From assembly GCA_002269645.1 (NCBI GenBank), contig NIVC01001260.1:1-64000 (forward strand): a DNA stretch of 64,000 nt, read 5' to 3'. Source of the DNA: Macrostomum lignano (Eukaryota). The notes beneath the pieces were generated by a model. The model did not search any database and was not told where the DNA came from. It saw only the letters and a list, made by a program, of their open reading frames with translations. The position numbers and the translations under genes are program-made. Shown in pieces: positions 1 through 15,300 of the stretch (the stretch's first letter is position 1; every line of letters begins with the position of its first letter).

Positions 1-1353
1 CAGCATTTGCCGTGCCATCACAGGTGCGTACCCGTCTACCCCTACGAGGGGCTGAAAACTATCCTTAACCTGCCTCCACTTCACCTATTTATTAGGGCGG
101 AGGCTATAAGTCTGCCTCCCGGCTTATCAGAGATAAAACGTTAAATAACGCACCCTCTGGCTTTATGCCAATGAAAACATTAATCCCGCATATGGACTTT
201 GTCCGCCGCGACCTTAACAACATCCACATGGACCTGGGCAATGTGGATAGTCGACCTCCCGCCCTCAACATCAGGAGGGGCTTCAAGACCGCCATCCCTG
301 GCCGAGACAATATTCCGCTGGATGTCGGTGTGAACCGGCGCAGCCAGGGCATTCACTGCTTCACCGATGGCTCACTGTTCAACGGCCACGCTGGAGCGGG
401 TATTGCCATTTTCCACGAGGGTAAGATGCTTTTCCAGGAAAGTCTGCACCTCGGTGAGAACACCTCAGTTTTCCAAGCTGAAATTTGCGCCATTGAGCAG
501 TGTGCCCAGCAACTGCTTCAGGCGAACATTAATAACTTTGACATTAATTTCTACACTGATAGCCAAGCTGCTATTAAGGCCTTAACCACTGAGAATATCT
601 CCGCTGCTACAGTATCTCAATGCCACCGCAGTGTGCAATGTCTCTCAGTCCTTAACAGGATTAGAATTATCTGGACACCTGGTCACAGCAACATCCTGGG
701 CAACGAGCTCGCGGACTCTCTCGCCAAGGAGGGCAGCAACCCAGACGGCAACCACCGTCTGATGAGGCTACCCACCCCCAGGTCGCAAGTCACCCGCCAT
801 ATCAACAGGTGGCTCCATCAGCAGCACCAGCTCCACTGGAACAGCTGCACCGAGTACAGACAGAGCCGCTCTGCCATGCCTAACCTGAACAGGAAAGTCT
901 CTGATTATCTGATTTCGCTTAACAGAACCGACCTCAGGGAGATGTGCATGGTCCTAACTGGCCATGGATTCCTCCAGATACATATATCGTTGCAAACTGG
1001 TTGCCCTCCCACCTGTCCTTTCTGTGGCATAGGAGAGGAGACCGCTGAGCATCACGTCACCTTCTGCCCTTACTTCAACAAGGCGCGGCACAAATACCTC
1101 GGCCACCCCCAGCAGATGGACGAGCTGACCACCTCGGACAATATCCGTGACCTGCGCGCTTTCGTCCGGGACTCCGGCCGGATGAGGGTCGCTGATGCCT
1201 CCACTGCGAACCTGCCGACTACTGGCGGGGACTGGGCGCACCCCCAGGGTTAATCCTCGTGCTCTTTTACCTTGGGGTTGCGATAGGGGCCTCGCGGCCT
1301 ATTCGCGGCGCCTGCGCCCCCCGTCAGTAGTAAGTAGTAAGTAGTAAGTAAGT
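1..1353 (+). mobile_element. 3' part of an R1/LOA-like non-LTR retrotransposon (RNase H, CCHC knuckle, 3' UTR, (TAAG/TAG)n tail); 5' part lies outside the window
   Basis: ORF 165-1253 has non-LTR RNase HI motifs ([43 protein letters not shown]) and CPFC...ETAEH...C. Tail TAGTAAGTAGTAAG at 1327-1353. Near-identical to the reverse complement of 22350-23700, but with two 1-bp deletions near positions 43 and 106. Confidence 0.95.
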
Positions 1354-2216
1354 GTATAAAAAGTTGGTGCTTCAAGATTTTATGAGTAGCATCTATTTAA
1401 CAGCGGGGTGTCATTTGTAATCGTCTTATACAAATTAAGCGGTAGCTCAACAGGAGCGGAAATGTCTGGAGAACAGCGTGGCATACGTCTGAGTTGCGGG
1501 AGTCCAGTTATAAGTAGACCTACTTATACTGTGGATACCAATTGATGCTACTGAATTGGTGATCTGCTGCGAGCTGGTGTACTCGCTGGCGAGGTCGGAC
1601 CTGCTGTACTCGGACACGACTCTGCATGGCGGCAGTCGACGCGTGAGCCAGACGTTTGAAAGATCGGGTCGCGCGCACGGACGGCGATGAATGAGACCAC
1701 CGACGGGGGCTTGCATTATATGCCGGCGCAATGGAACGACTCTGCATTATAAAGTTAAATTAAATGGCGATGGAAGCCAGTTTCTCCGAAATATACAGAG
1801 TTATATAAAGAAACAGTAATGTACATACACACTCGATCGTCTAGCTCTAACAGACAGCGACGGTTCGCCGACAATCATTGCCAGATTTTACGACTGTTCA
1901 CTAGTAATGTTAGCTGCGTCGATAGAATGTCATTCGTAGCATAGTCGTCATCCGGAATCAACTGGCTTTTGTTGATCGGCTGCTCGTAGATCGGATACAG
2001 AGTGAATGGTGTCTCATCTGATGCGCCGGCTCGCGCGGCGATGGCTTCGTCGTGCAGTTGCGTCCACGAAATTCCGACTGCGCTGGAAACTCTTACCTGA
2101 TTGTCTTCGCAATCCCGTGTGCCATCGGTAATATCCAACCGACTTGGCGTTGCAGATGTTGCTAGTGCGATAGACGATCGTCCAACGGTGACACCCTCCG
2201 AAAACAAGTGGCTGAC

Positions 2217-2402
2217 AAGATTACCGACACTCGTAGTCTGTAACGACTACTCTCTTGACTTGTTCGAGGATTTATTAACCCTCGACAAGATTACCGACAC
2301 TCGTAGTCTGTAACGACTACTCTCTTGACTTGTTCGAAGATTTATTAACCCTCGACAAGATTACCGACACTCGTAGTCTGTAACGACTACTCTCTTGACT
2401 TG
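2217..2402. repeat. Tandem repeat, ~69-70-bp unit, ~2.7 copies
   Basis: CAAGATTACCGACACTCGTAGTCTGTAACGACTACTCTCTTGAC recurs at 2217, 2286 and 2356. Confidence 0.9.
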
Positions 2403-2872
2403 ATCTGCTCACGGCTGGTGCAACTGCAAACGCCTTAGACAAACCAATGGAGCATGCACCGAAATAATTAGGATTAGCATATATCTTAATAGGAAAGCTG
2501 CTTTGCATACTGGGCCAGTTAGAGCTATTTGGAACTATGCCACAGTCTCAGTCTAGACACCCAGCTGTGCCAAAGAATATGGTTGGCTGACTCATGCTTC
2601 TAAGCGTCAAATACGACGATAGAATCATTCTGCCCGTTGACACACTAAGCAGCTGTGATAGACTACATGCCAGTGGTAGTCAAACCTCTCGCACACAATC
2701 AGGGCGCAACAATTTTTCAATTGTCACCTGTACGGAGGATGTGCACAGCCTCACATTACGGACGCTACAGTGCCTCCGAAAAGCAGATCAATTCACTTTG
2801 CAATTTCGAGGCTTTATTACCCCTCGGATTAAAGATTGACCTGCGTAGTCAAATAAAAGTGACTACTCTTAG

Positions 2873-3362
2873 TAGCTGCCTTAAGCCACAACAGAAGCGA
2901 GGATTGATTATCCATCGCAGGTCAGCTTATCAGCTGCCTTGAGTCCCAACAGACGCGAGGATTGATTATCCATCGCAGGTCAGCATAGCAGCTGCCTTGA
3001 GCCACAACAGAAGCGAGGATTGATTATCCATCGCAGGTCAGCATAGCAGCTGCCTTAGCCACAACAGAAGCGAGGATTGATTATCCATCGCAGGTCAGCA
3101 TAGCAGCTGCCTTGAGCCACAACAGAAGCGAGGATTGATTATCCATCGCAGGTCAGCATAGCAGCTGCCTTGAGCCACAACAGAAGCGAGGATTGATTAT
3201 CCATCGCAGGTCAGCATAGCAGCTGCCTTGAGCCACAACAGAAGCGAGGATTGATTATCCATCGCAGGTCAGCATAGCAGCTGCCTTGAGCCACAACAGA
3301 AGCGAGGATTGATTATCCATCGCAGGTCAGCATAGCAGCTGCCTTAAGCCACAACAGACGCG
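2873..3362. repeat. Minisatellite, 58-bp unit, ~8 copies
   Basis: Unit GCCACAACAGAAGCGAGGATTGATTATCCATCGCAGGTCAGCATAGCAGCTGCCTTGA. Confidence 0.95.
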
Positions 3363-5190
3363 AAGACCAGTCTTATCCGTAACTTCATCGAGATTCGGGT
3401 CAATGGGAGCTGATCCCTGTGGATTTTCCGGATCACTTGGTTCAGATCACTGAAGAATTCCGACTGAACTCCCAAAATCTCACCCAGAACATTTACATCC
3501 AGAAAATCTACTGAAATTAGGGTCTACACTCAGAATTTAGCTGTGTTCCAGGTGAAATTTTTTGGAAAATCCAGCCGGAACAGCTTTCTTTTTTCTCGAA
3601 CTTTGCAGGATCACATTTTCTGGAAAAAGGTACTATTCCGGGCCAAAAATGCTGATCCGGGCCTTTACTTGGAAATTAATTAATAAATCGGGCCCGGATC
3701 ACGAAATTTTAGAAATTCTGGGTGAAAAGTACAATGGGTTTTTATGGACCGGATAACACAAAGGTATCTTGATTGAAATCTTGTTCCATTATCTGATTTT
3801 CAAACAAGATTCGCGTCATGTTATCCTGTAAAATCCAGATAACTCACCAGATAACAGTCAAACAAGAAAACAAAAAAATTTCTGGTGGCGAATCTTGTCA
3901 TGTAATCTGATTTCAAAGCAAGATTTGGGCCATGTTATCTGGTGAAATTCAGATGACTCACCAGATAACAGGCAAACCAGATAACACTAAAATTACCTGG
4001 TGACGAATCTGGTGGTTTTTACCAGTTTCGCACCTCAAACAAGGAAATCGGTAGTGAATCTGACAAGATTCGCAAATTATCTTGTGGTGTTATCTGGTTT
4101 ATTTACCAGAGGGCTTAACGAAGAAGTCAAGAATTAAACAGCTGTTATAAATGTATAGTATAAGTACTTAATGCGATGCATACTACTCAGTACTCACATC
4201 ACAAACAAGTAGTGTAAGCAGCGCATATACCGTTGCAAAATTTCTATAAATAAATTAATTTTGAAACATGGTTTTTTCCGGCCTAAATGATATCCGCGCC
4301 CGACTAGAAGTTCAGAATTGGATTTCTTTCTGTTGATCGGCTTAATCGCTTCAGCTTATAGAGTATGATTCTTTTTACTACTAAAAGTAGTATCTTGAAT
4401 GAAACAAAAGAGAAAATTCTGTTCATAACTAATAAATATTTAGTCCGTGATTTACAAGCGCAGCAAAAAGCCAGCCGCAGGACGATAATAAATTTGTCTA
4501 AAATTGAATTATGAATTTATATTTTAACCGCTTAATCATTTCATCAGCTGGAAATCTGTGAAAAGAGTATAAACAGGATTAAAACAAAAATTGATTCAAA
4601 GCAGGAAAAACAAACAAGTTAAGGAGCTATTGCAAAATCTGACATTCGACGACAGCTTAAATAATAATAGAGGAACCGCGGGTAACTAAAATCGATTACA
4701 ATAATTCATAGGCAACATGAACTAGAGCTTAAAGTATAAATATTAATAATCAACTTTCACACTACTCTGCTGCTGCCAAAGCAAAACAAAAAGCTTTACA
4801 TAAACGAATGAAACATTATTAACCATCGTAATCAATAAGATATTTATTGCATTGCTAAACAAAGAGCAAGCTATTCTTGGATATGAATATATTTACACAA
4901 ATAAGCAACATTGATAGCATATGTAGCCACAAATAATTAAGATATCGTGTAAGCAAGCAATTAAAATACAAGATTAGCAAAACTCTACTCGTTCCTTTAC
5001 TAACATTGCCACTTTAAGTAGTCTAACAAGTACCGGCTGCTAATAATTAATGAATAAGCAATGCAAGAGTAAAATATAAACCTAAACCTTGTTTCAAATA
5101 CAAGCTTATAACGAACCGGGGCAGGATTATATTTGACAAGGAAGAAGTACACAGTGTCATCAGCACAGTTGCACGAAATAAAGTCCAGAG

Positions 5191-5716
5191 CAGGGGTCGG
5201 CAAACCCTGCCCGCTGGTCCTTGAAACTTCACAATAGCAATGCGGGCATCAGCTCAGCACTCTTCTCTTTTTCTCTTCTGTCTCATCTCATCTTTCTACC
5301 CTGGTCTCATCTCCCCTCCTCTCTCCTCTTCTCTCCCCTCTCCTATCCACTCTCCCCTTTTGCTCTCTGTCCTCTCTCCTTTCTACTTTATATTCCTCTC
5401 CCCTTTCCTCTCTTCTCCCCTCTCTTCTCTCCCCTTTCCTCTCTTCTCTCCCTTTCCTCTCTTCTCTCCCCTCTTCTCTCCCCTCTTCTCTCCCCTTTCC
5501 TCTCTTCTCCCCTCCTCTCCTCTCCCCTTTCCTTCTTCTCCCCCTCTCCTCCCCTCTCCTCTCCCCTCCCTTCTCTACTCTCCCCTCTCCTCTCCCCTCC
5601 CTTCTCTTCTCTCCACTCCCCTCTCCTATTTCCTCTCTTCTCTCTCCTCTCAGGCCCGCAGCCATGCGCTAGATTCTATATTCGGCACTTACGTTAAGAC
5701 GGTTTGCCGACCTCTG
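5191..5716. mobile_element. Non-autonomous hAT-type MITE with internal CT-rich low-complexity tract
   Basis: TIRs CAGGGGTCGGCAAAC (5191) and GTTTGCCGACCTCTG (ends 5716). Flanking 8-mers GTCCAGAG / GCCTAGAA (5/8 identical) resemble the hAT nTCTAGAn target. Subterminal GGCCCGC-like motifs. Confidence 0.8.
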
Positions 5717-5912
5717 GCCTAGAAAGATGTTAAGCTTGGAAAATATAAAAACTTCCACAGGTGAGGAGGCCCTTGGTTTTCGCTGCAAAATTCCATAACG
5801 AGATGGAAAACTTTCAATGTATTTTTAGCACTACTGTAAATCCTATAGACTTAAGCGAAATTTTCAAGTACAGATTTCTTCTAATACGATACTCGTCACT
5901 AATCTCGCGCAT

Positions 5913-8900
5913 TCAGACCAATTCCTGCAATACACTCTTAGCGAATGCCGCAGCATGCAGACTGGCATACGGCTGCCACACTGAGCCCTTCTGACCATCG
6001 TGATAATCCGAGCAGGCGCGCACAACCAGGAAGGAGTTGCACCGGTTGCCAAGGATGCTCTCCAGTACCTGAGCGGGAAATGGGATAAGTTAGGTTTTTA
6101 TTATTGTCTGAAGATGATTGCTCAGCAGACTGATTTACATCTAGCTGATATTGTATACTCTGAACCATTAGACTTACCAACTCAGACTCTATATCATAGA
6201 CTCAGCACTATCGACTTAGTATCCTAGACTCAGCACCATCGACTTAGTATCCTAGACTCAGCACCATCGACTTAGTATCCTAGACTCAGCACCATCGACT
6301 TAGTATCATAGACTCAGCACTATCGACTTAGTATCCTAGACTCAGCACCATCGATTTAGTATCCTAGACTCAGCACTATCGACTTAGTATCCTAGACTCA
6401 GCACCATCGACTTAGTATCCTAGACTCAGCACTATCGACTTAGTATCCTAGACTCAGCACCATCTACTTAGTATCCTAGACTCAGCACCATCGATTTAGT
6501 ATCCTAGACTCAGCACCATCTACTTAGTATCCTAGACTCAGCACCATCGATTTAGTATCCTAGACTCAGCACCATCGACTTAGTATCCTAGACTCAGCAC
6601 CATCGATTTAGTATCCTAGACTCAGCACCATCTACTTAGTATCCTAGACTCAGCACTATCGACTTAGTATCCTAGACTCAGCACCATCGATTTAGTATCC
6701 TAGACTCAGCACTATCGACTTAGTATCCTAGACTCAGCACCATAAACTCAACACCTCAGACTCAGCACCCTAGATACAGCAACTCAGACTCAGCACAGTA
6801 GACTCAGCAACACAGAGTCAGTACCATAGACCCAAAAGCCAGACTCGGCACCTGAACAAAAAAACTCAAAATCGGACACCTAAACTCAGCACTGCAGAAG
6901 CCGCACTAAAATTGAGAATCCCAAAAACTTGGAATTATTGAATCAGCACAGAACTTACCTGATCAAACTCCGTATCATAGCCAATAAGCCCCTTTTCAGT
7001 GGCAAACTCGGATCTCAGGTAGGCGTCAGAGACAATGGGTTTGCCGCTGCCCAGCGGTCCCATTCGAACAACTGGCAGGTCGCCGCTTCGGTCCAGAGTT
7101 GGCGGCGCCATTTCAATCATCTGACCGTCGCCCAGCTGCATTTGCACTTTGTCTTCCACGCCCTCGGGCTTGGCAAAGTCGGCCAGCTGATTGGCCACCT
7201 CAGCGCTTAGCTGCGTCCATGGCGCCTGACGGGGTTGGTGATTAAATACAGTGAGCGTCCGGTTTCATGGACGGGAGTGTCGAGGGCAATATATAAACAT
7301 GGACGGGACTGCCCGAACTAAAGACAAATTATGTACACTATATGGACGGGACTGTTCGAACCAAAGATAGAAATGATGGACACTATATGGACGGGAATGT
7401 CCGAACAAGACTCAAATGATGCACACTATATGGACGGGAATGTCCGAACCAAAGACTCAAATGATGCACACTATATAAACGGGAATGTCCGAACTAAAGA
7501 CACAAATGATGTACACTATATGGACGGGATGTCCGAACCAAAGACAAATTATGTACACTATATGGAGGGACTGTCCGAACCAAAGACAAATTATGTACAC
7601 TATATGGACGGGAATGTCCGAAACAAAGACACTGATTCGTCCCGTACATATCCCGTATCCCGTACATATGGACGGGAATGTCCGAACCAAAGACACAAAT
7701 TGTGTACACTATATAGTCGAGACTGTCCGAACCAAAGACACAAATTGTGTACACTACATGTACGGGACTGTCCGAACTAAAGACACAAATGATGTACACT
7801 ATATAAACGGGACTGTCCGAACCAGACAAAGTAAACTGTGGACACACGGGAGCAGCTCACCTGTTCAAAGCTGGGCCCATAGGCGGACACTAAATTAGCG
7901 GCCAACTGCGGCAGTTTAGCATCGGGCACAATCCACTGCTTGAGACTGAATTTCAGCTGGCCGGAGTCGTCCTCGTCAACGCTGTCGCAGTAGACGTAGG
8001 CGCTGTCCTGCTTGGGGCTTGGCGAGGCTACGATGATGTCGCCTAAGCGGCTACTCTGAGCCAAGTCGCTCAGATTGCACACGGAGCCGCATACGCCGAC
8101 AAGCAGAACGTGCTCGATGTCCTGAGAAAGTTATTGTTGGTTCGATAATGAAGAGTTTAGTTAGCTTTGTTAGGGCTTTCCCGTTCCGATATGTTGGGTT
8201 ACATGTAATAGCTTGATATAAATTTCATTGCCTGCATTTTAGGAATGTCGGAATTTCACTAACGTCGGAATCTTACGAACGTCGGAATTTCGATAATGTC
8301 GGAATCTTACTAATGTCGGAATCTTAGTAATGTCGGAATCTTACTAATGTCGGAATCTTACTAATGTCGGAATCTTACTAATGTCGGAATCTTACTAATG
8401 TCAGAATTTCACTAATGTCGGAACTTTACTAATGTCGGAATTTCACTAATGTCGGAATTTCACTAATGTCGGAATTTCACTAATGTCGGAACTTCACTAA
8501 TGTCGGAATTTCACTAACGTCGGAATCTTACGAACGTCGGAATTTCGATAATGTCGGAATCTTACTAATGTCGGAATCTTAGTAATGTCGGAATCTTAGT
8601 AATGTCGGAATCTTACTAATGTCGGAATCTTACTAATGTCGGAATCTTACTAATGTCGGAATCTTACTAATGTCAGAATTTCACTAATGTCGGAATTTCA
8701 CTAATGTCGGAATTTCACTAATGTCGGAATTTCACTAATGTCGGAACTTCACTAACGTCGGAATCTTACTAATGTCGGAATCTTACTGACGTCGGAATCT
8801 TACTAATGTCGGAATCTTACTGACGTCGGAATCTTACTAATGTCGGAACTTCCCTAACGTCGGATTCTTACTAATGTCGGAATTTCACTAACGTTGGATT

Positions 8901-11900
8901 CTTACTAATGTCGGAACTTCCCTAACGTCGGATTCTTACTAATGTCGGAATTTCACTAACGTTGGATTCTTACTAATGTCGGAATTTTACTAACGTCGGA
9001 TTCTTACTAACGTCGGAATTTCACTAACGTCGGAATTTTACTAACGTCGGAATTTCACTAATGTCAGAATTTCACGAATGTCGGAATTTTAATAACGTCG
9101 GAATCTTACTAACGTCGGAATTTCACAATTTTACTAACTTTGGAATCTTACTAACGTCGGAATTTCACAATTTTACTAACGTCGGAATCTTACTAATGTC
9201 GGAATTTCACAATTTTACTAACGTCGGAATCTTACTAACGTCGGAATCTTACTAATGTCGGAATTTCACAATTTCACTAACGTCGGAATCTTACTAATGT
9301 CGGAATTTCACTAACGTCGGAACTTAACTTCGAGCGCAAGGTCGGAATTTATAATTTTAAAGTAGGATCCCCATTTGACTGAAAAATATGCGACAAGAAT
9401 TCATACAAATTAGCATTACAGCTCATCTGAATAAGTGATAAACTGTGGCAGGAAGGCTGTGGGACCTTAAGCGACACCCTCCCACAACCAGCGCTGAGAA
9501 AATTCTGCCCATTTCGCAGTCTCCTGAGCAATTTTATACACACGCTCACACACGGTAAATGTGCAGAATCGAATCAGGGCCCCATGAGGCGGGAGATTCA
9601 GACGCGCTGATTCCGTTGAGCTCACCTGGAAGGTGCCCAACAGTCTAGTAGTAGTATTGCCGCTAGCAATCTTGGCTCGCCGGTCGCGACCAACGGCTGG
9701 CAGTTTAGTGCTCACGCACTTGTGCGCGCCAATATAGCCGATGGTGTACACGTGAGAGTCACCGCCTTTAGTCTCGTAGCGAACGTAGGTGGTTTTGTCT
9801 TGCATAACGGCGTCTACAGCGCGTTTCTCGCACATCAGATTAGTGATAATGGCCACGGTGGGTTTCTCCTTCATCTTAGTGATCACGTCCATATTTCCTT
9901 CGTTAATTTCTTCAACTTTGCCCATGCCCAGTTCCGCGTTGGTATCGTCTTGTCCCGTTTGCACCTGCAGCACGTAGGCGAACTTGCCCCGATTGCGGCC
10001 CTCCATGGCGACACGATGCAGCCTGCCTTCGGTTAGCAGCTGGTCTAGGATGCGCAGCACCAGCTTCTCGTCCTGTTGGACCACCCTGCAGTGCGGATTA
10101 TTCGTATGGTATTAACACCTGCTGATTCAACAACTTATTTGGTCCTAGCAACCGAATGATGTTGAAATAAACTACCCTAGCAACCAGATGAACATTGAAA
10201 TAAAATACCCTAGCAACCAGACGAATATTGAAATAAAATACCCTAGCAACCAGATGAATATTGAAATAAACTACCCTAGCAACCAGATGAATATTGAAAT
10301 AAAATACCCTAGCAACCAGATGAATATTGAAATAAAATACCCTAGCAACCAGATAAATATTGAAATAAAATACCCTAGCAACCAGATAAATATTGAAATA
10401 AACTACCCTAGCAACTAGATAAGGTTGAAAAACTAGTAACAAAAAACGGTTGAAATATACTACCCTAGCAACCAGAAAAGGTTGAAATAAACTACCCTAG
10501 CAACAAGAAAAGGTTGAAATAAACTACCCTGGCAACCCAATATCAGTGAAAAATTGAATATATCATAGTAACTACTCCAGTACCAAGTTGAATGTTTACC
10601 AACTAAAAAGTTTACAAGATTTTACAAAGCAATCTGTGTCAATAATAAGATTAAAAACTCAACACACTACTCACTTGGACAACTCTTCAGTAGTAAGCAC
10701 ATTAGGATAAGCCTCTTCAATAGTGCGCATCACTTGCTCTTGGACGCGCACTTCAACAGGCCGATCGTCTCGATCTAGAAATGATTGCAGACATGATTTT
10801 TCAGTAATTAAAATTGATTTAATATCTAATAAATCTAGACAAAGCTAACTATTATTCCCCGTCACCGATACTACAAGTAGTGTCTAAGACATATACAGCG
10901 AAAGAAAAAACGCTAATGAATAAAGAGTCAATGGGAGGCGTTCTGATTGCCTGTGATAATCTATCTATCAATATAAAAAATTTTACATAAAAAACACAAC
11001 AAAAATTAACCAGCCACTACTTAAAAAAACTAGTATTGTGCGTTTGGGACGCCATATTCAGCTGGTGCTTATCGTAAATAAGACTCAAATTTAAAGGTAA
11101 AAAATAACCAATTTATATGGAATAAAAACGACATACTAACTACATGCAATATAACAACAACATATGAAATGACTAGAAAACAGTGAGTAATCAATATCTA
11201 AAAAATCTCCGTTCTTACCGCCGACACCATTCACATCTGAAATCAGTCGATATTGCGCGATTATGGACAAATTGAATAGTAATATGCAAATGCCAGTAGT
11301 TCTACTAAGAGTAGATGATGCGCGTTTATATTTAATTAAAAATCAGGCTGAATAGGAATCTGCACACACAAGTATTAAGTTTACCTTCCAAGCCGTCAAT
11401 GCCGGCTTCCTTGATGTCCAGCGGCACAACATCCAGATGGATTCGAGAAATATTCTGATACTTGTCCAGCAGCATCAGGCGCATGACTCGCTTGATGAAA
11501 CTGGCGTAGTCCTTGGGCACGTGACCCGGCGTGATCAGGTCGTTAAAGAACATGAACGACGTCTGCACTAGGAAGCTGGTCACCTTCTTATGAATAGTGG
11601 ACACGAACCAGAACTTCAGCTTGCGGAGCTCCTGGTAAATTAAGAACAAAATCTTCTACAATTGACTAGAAACTCTAATTAACTTTAATTATAAATGCCT
11701 GACAGCTTAGCTTATCTTAGATAGCGTAAGTATCCGGATAGTGCGAAGGTCCGTCCTGACGCTTATCTATCAATAGGCTTAACTAACTTCATATATATCT
11801 ATCAATCTATGAATATCTATCTATCTGTCTATCTATCTATTTATATTGTCTGTCTATCTATCTATCTATATTGTCTGTCTATCTATCTATCTATCTATTT

Positions 11901-11939
11901 ATCTATCTATATATCTACTTATCTTTCTATTTATCTACT

Positions 11940-11992
<53 letters not shown>

Positions 11993-12087
11993 GTCTATCT
12001 ATCTGTCTATCTATATATCTATATATCTATTTATCTATCTATCTATCTATCTATCTATTTATCTATCTATCTATCTGTCTATCTATA

Positions 12088-12126
<39 letters not shown>

Positions 12127-12155
12127 TTATCTATCTATCTATCTGTCTATCTATA

Positions 12156-12208
<53 letters not shown>

Positions 12209-12323
12209 GTCTATCTATATATCTATATATCTATTTATCTATCTATCTATCTATCTATCTATTTATCTATCTATCTATCTGTCTATCTATATATCTATCT
12301 ATCTATCTATCTGTCTATCTATC

Positions 12324-12379
<56 letters not shown>

Positions 12380-15300
12380 CATCTATCTATCTATCTATTT
12401 ATCTATCTGTCTATCTATTTATCTATCTATCTATCTATCTATCTATCTGTCTGTCTGTCTGTCTGTCTTTCTGTCTGTCTGTCTATCTAAACACCCACCT
12501 CTGACTACAACTAATTCATCCATATAACAATCCAAAAGACTACAAACTACAGCAAGATCTTGAAGCGCACTGATTGCACATCTACATCTTAACACCAGCG
12601 AAAGGCAGTATTTTGGCTTAGTTAAGGCCTCAGACAAACAGCATGAACACCCTCTCTACATACCAAGATATTACATTAACAGTTGAGTTAATACGCAGCA
12701 TAACAATAAATCCGATTTGACGAGGATTTTGATTGATTACGTAACTTTTGCTGTATCCAGCTAGCTAGGACACACACTTACACACGTAGGCTAGAGCCCA
12801 AAGGCAGAGAAATTCAATGTGTGTGTGAATGATTAAATTTATAAAGGTGACTCACCGCTCTCATATCTCTGGAATCCTGATTCACTACAAAACACTTGTA
12901 GGTTATTTCCGACTCCGAATCGGTCAGCTGATCGTAGGTGCCATCTGACAAAGACAAAAATTGATTAAGCAAATATTCACTTATGAATTGTTAGTAGTAT
13001 CACTAGCATATTATTTTGTTTATTATATTGATTTATCGAAGTACAAATTACGAAGTACGAAGTACAAATTATGAAGATACTGTGTGTAAACTGGTGTTAG
13101 CATATCGCTAGAATGAAAGCTTTATGCTGCACACTAAATATATTTAAAGTGCACATATATTTATAATTCTGAAATCAGATCAGAAATGCGCAGAGCTTCA
13201 ACTGCGCAAATACTCTCTATATCAATCATTAATTATTAATTCTTCTCATTTTTGTCTACCAAAAACTATATAATATCTGGCGTATAACCATTTGTATTCG
13301 TTGCCTGTTCGAAAAAGTTTTATTTCGATACATATCGGCTAGAGATGAAAACTTGCTTGATTATAAAAGAAAGCGTCAAATAGACCTAATTTTAGGACAG
13401 TGTACCAAGCTAGCAATTTTGTAGCAAAACAGACCAAGTATATAGTCGAAAGCAACAATGTGAACTGAGGTGATGAGTCATGCAAACTGGTTTAATAAAC
13501 ATCCTTCAGATCTCCGGCACAAAAAATTCAAGGGCTAAATTGGATTCAGGACTGAGAAAATGAGTAATACAATTGCATGTTTCTGTTTTTTAGGAAAATC
13601 GAAACTTCTAATTACAGGACCAAGCCGACTGTTTCGATAATCCTAATGTGAGCGTCAGACTTCACCACAATGCACTATTAGAGTGGGAGATTTTCCCGCT
13701 TCTAGAAGCTTGTTAGCAAACTCGCTGCAGTCAGCTTCCAGTAGGAGTTACAGGAAACTCTGTAGCCTACGTCTCTGTAGCTGGCATCCCATCTGCAGAT
13801 GGCATCCCATCTGTAGCTGGCATCCCATCTGTAACTGGCACCCCATCTGTAGCCTACGCCTCTGCAGCTGGCATCCCATCTGTAGCTGGCATCCCATCTG
13901 TAGCTGGCATCCCATCTGTAACTGGCACCCCATCTGTAGCTGGCGCCTCTGTAGCTGGCATCCAATCTGTAGCTGGCATCCCATCTGTAACTGGCGCCTC
14001 TGTAGCTGGCATCCCCTCTGTAGCTGGCATCCATCTGTAGCTGGCGCCTCTGCAGCTGGCGCCCCCTCTGCAGCTGGCATCCCATCTGTAGCTGGCATCC
14101 TCTCTGTAGCTGGCATCCCCTCTGTAGTTGGCGCCCCATGTGTAACTGGCGCACCCTATCTGTAACTGGCGACCCTTTGTTGCTGGCGCCCTCTTTGTAG
14201 CTGGCGCCCCCTTTGTAGCTGGCGCCGCCTTTGTAGCTGGCGCCCTCTTTGCAGCTGGCGCCGCCTTTGTAGCTGGCGCCCTCTTTGTAGCTGGCATCCC
14301 ATCTGTAGCTGGCACCCCCTCTGCAGCTGGCATCCCATCTGTAGCTGGCATCCAATCTGCAGCTGGCATCCCATCTGTAGCTGGCGCCTCTGTAGCTGGC
14401 ATCCAATCTGTAGCTGGCATCCCATCTGTAACTGGCGCCTCTGTAGCTGGCATCCCCTCTGTAGCTGGCATCCATCTGTAGCTGGCGCCTCTGCAGCTGG
14501 CGCCCCCTCTGCAGCTGGCATCCCATCTGTAGCTGGCATCCTCTCTGTAGCTGGCATCCCCTCTGTAGTTGGCGCCCCATGTGTAACTGGCGCACCCTAT
14601 CTGTAACTGGCGACCCTTTGTTGCTGGCGCCCTCTTTGTAGCTGGCGCCCCCTTTGTAGCTGGCGCCGCCTTTGTAGCTGGCGCCCTCTTTGCAGCTGGC
14701 GCCGCCTTTGTAGCTGGCGCCCTCTTTGTAGCTGGTATCCCATCTGTAGCTGGCACCCCCTCTGCAGCTGGCATCCCATCTGCAGCTGGCATCCTATCTG
14801 TAACTGGCGCCTCTGTAGCTGGCATCCCATCTGTAGCTGGCATCCCCTCTGTAGCTGGCATCCCCTCTGTAGCTGGCGCCCCATGTGTAACTGGCGCGCC
14901 CCATCTGTAACTGGCGACCCTTTATTGCTGGCGCCCTCTTTGTAGCTGGCGCCGCCTTTGTAGCTGGCGCCCTCTTTGCAGCTGGCGCCGCCTTTGTAGC
15001 TGGCGCCCTCTTTGTAGCTGGTATCCCATCTGTAGCTGGCACCCCCTCTGCAGCTGGCATCCCATCTGCAGCTGGCATCCTATCTGTAACTGGCGCCTCT
15101 GTAGCTGGCATCCCATCTGTAGCTGGCATCCCCTCTGTAGCTGGCATCCCCTCTGTAGCTGGCGCCCCATGTGTAACTGGCGCGCCCCATCTGTAACTGG
15201 CGACCCTTTATTGCTGGCGCCCTCTTTGTAGCTGGCGCCGCCTTTGTAGCTGGCGCCCTCTTTGTAGCTGGCGCCGCCTTTGTAGCTAGCGCCCTCTTTG

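Noticed and set aside
3410-4115. Possible DNA-transposon relic with CCAGATAAC/GTTATCTGG subrepeats and CCCT(G/C)TGG ends
   Set aside because: No matching TSD or convincing TIR length could be established.
5221-5722. S/P/L-rich and E/R/G-rich ORFs
   Set aside because: Artefacts of the CT-rich tract inside the hAT MITE.
11809-12527. Long YLSI-repeat ORFs
   Set aside because: Translation artefacts of the (TATC)n microsatellite inside intron 2.
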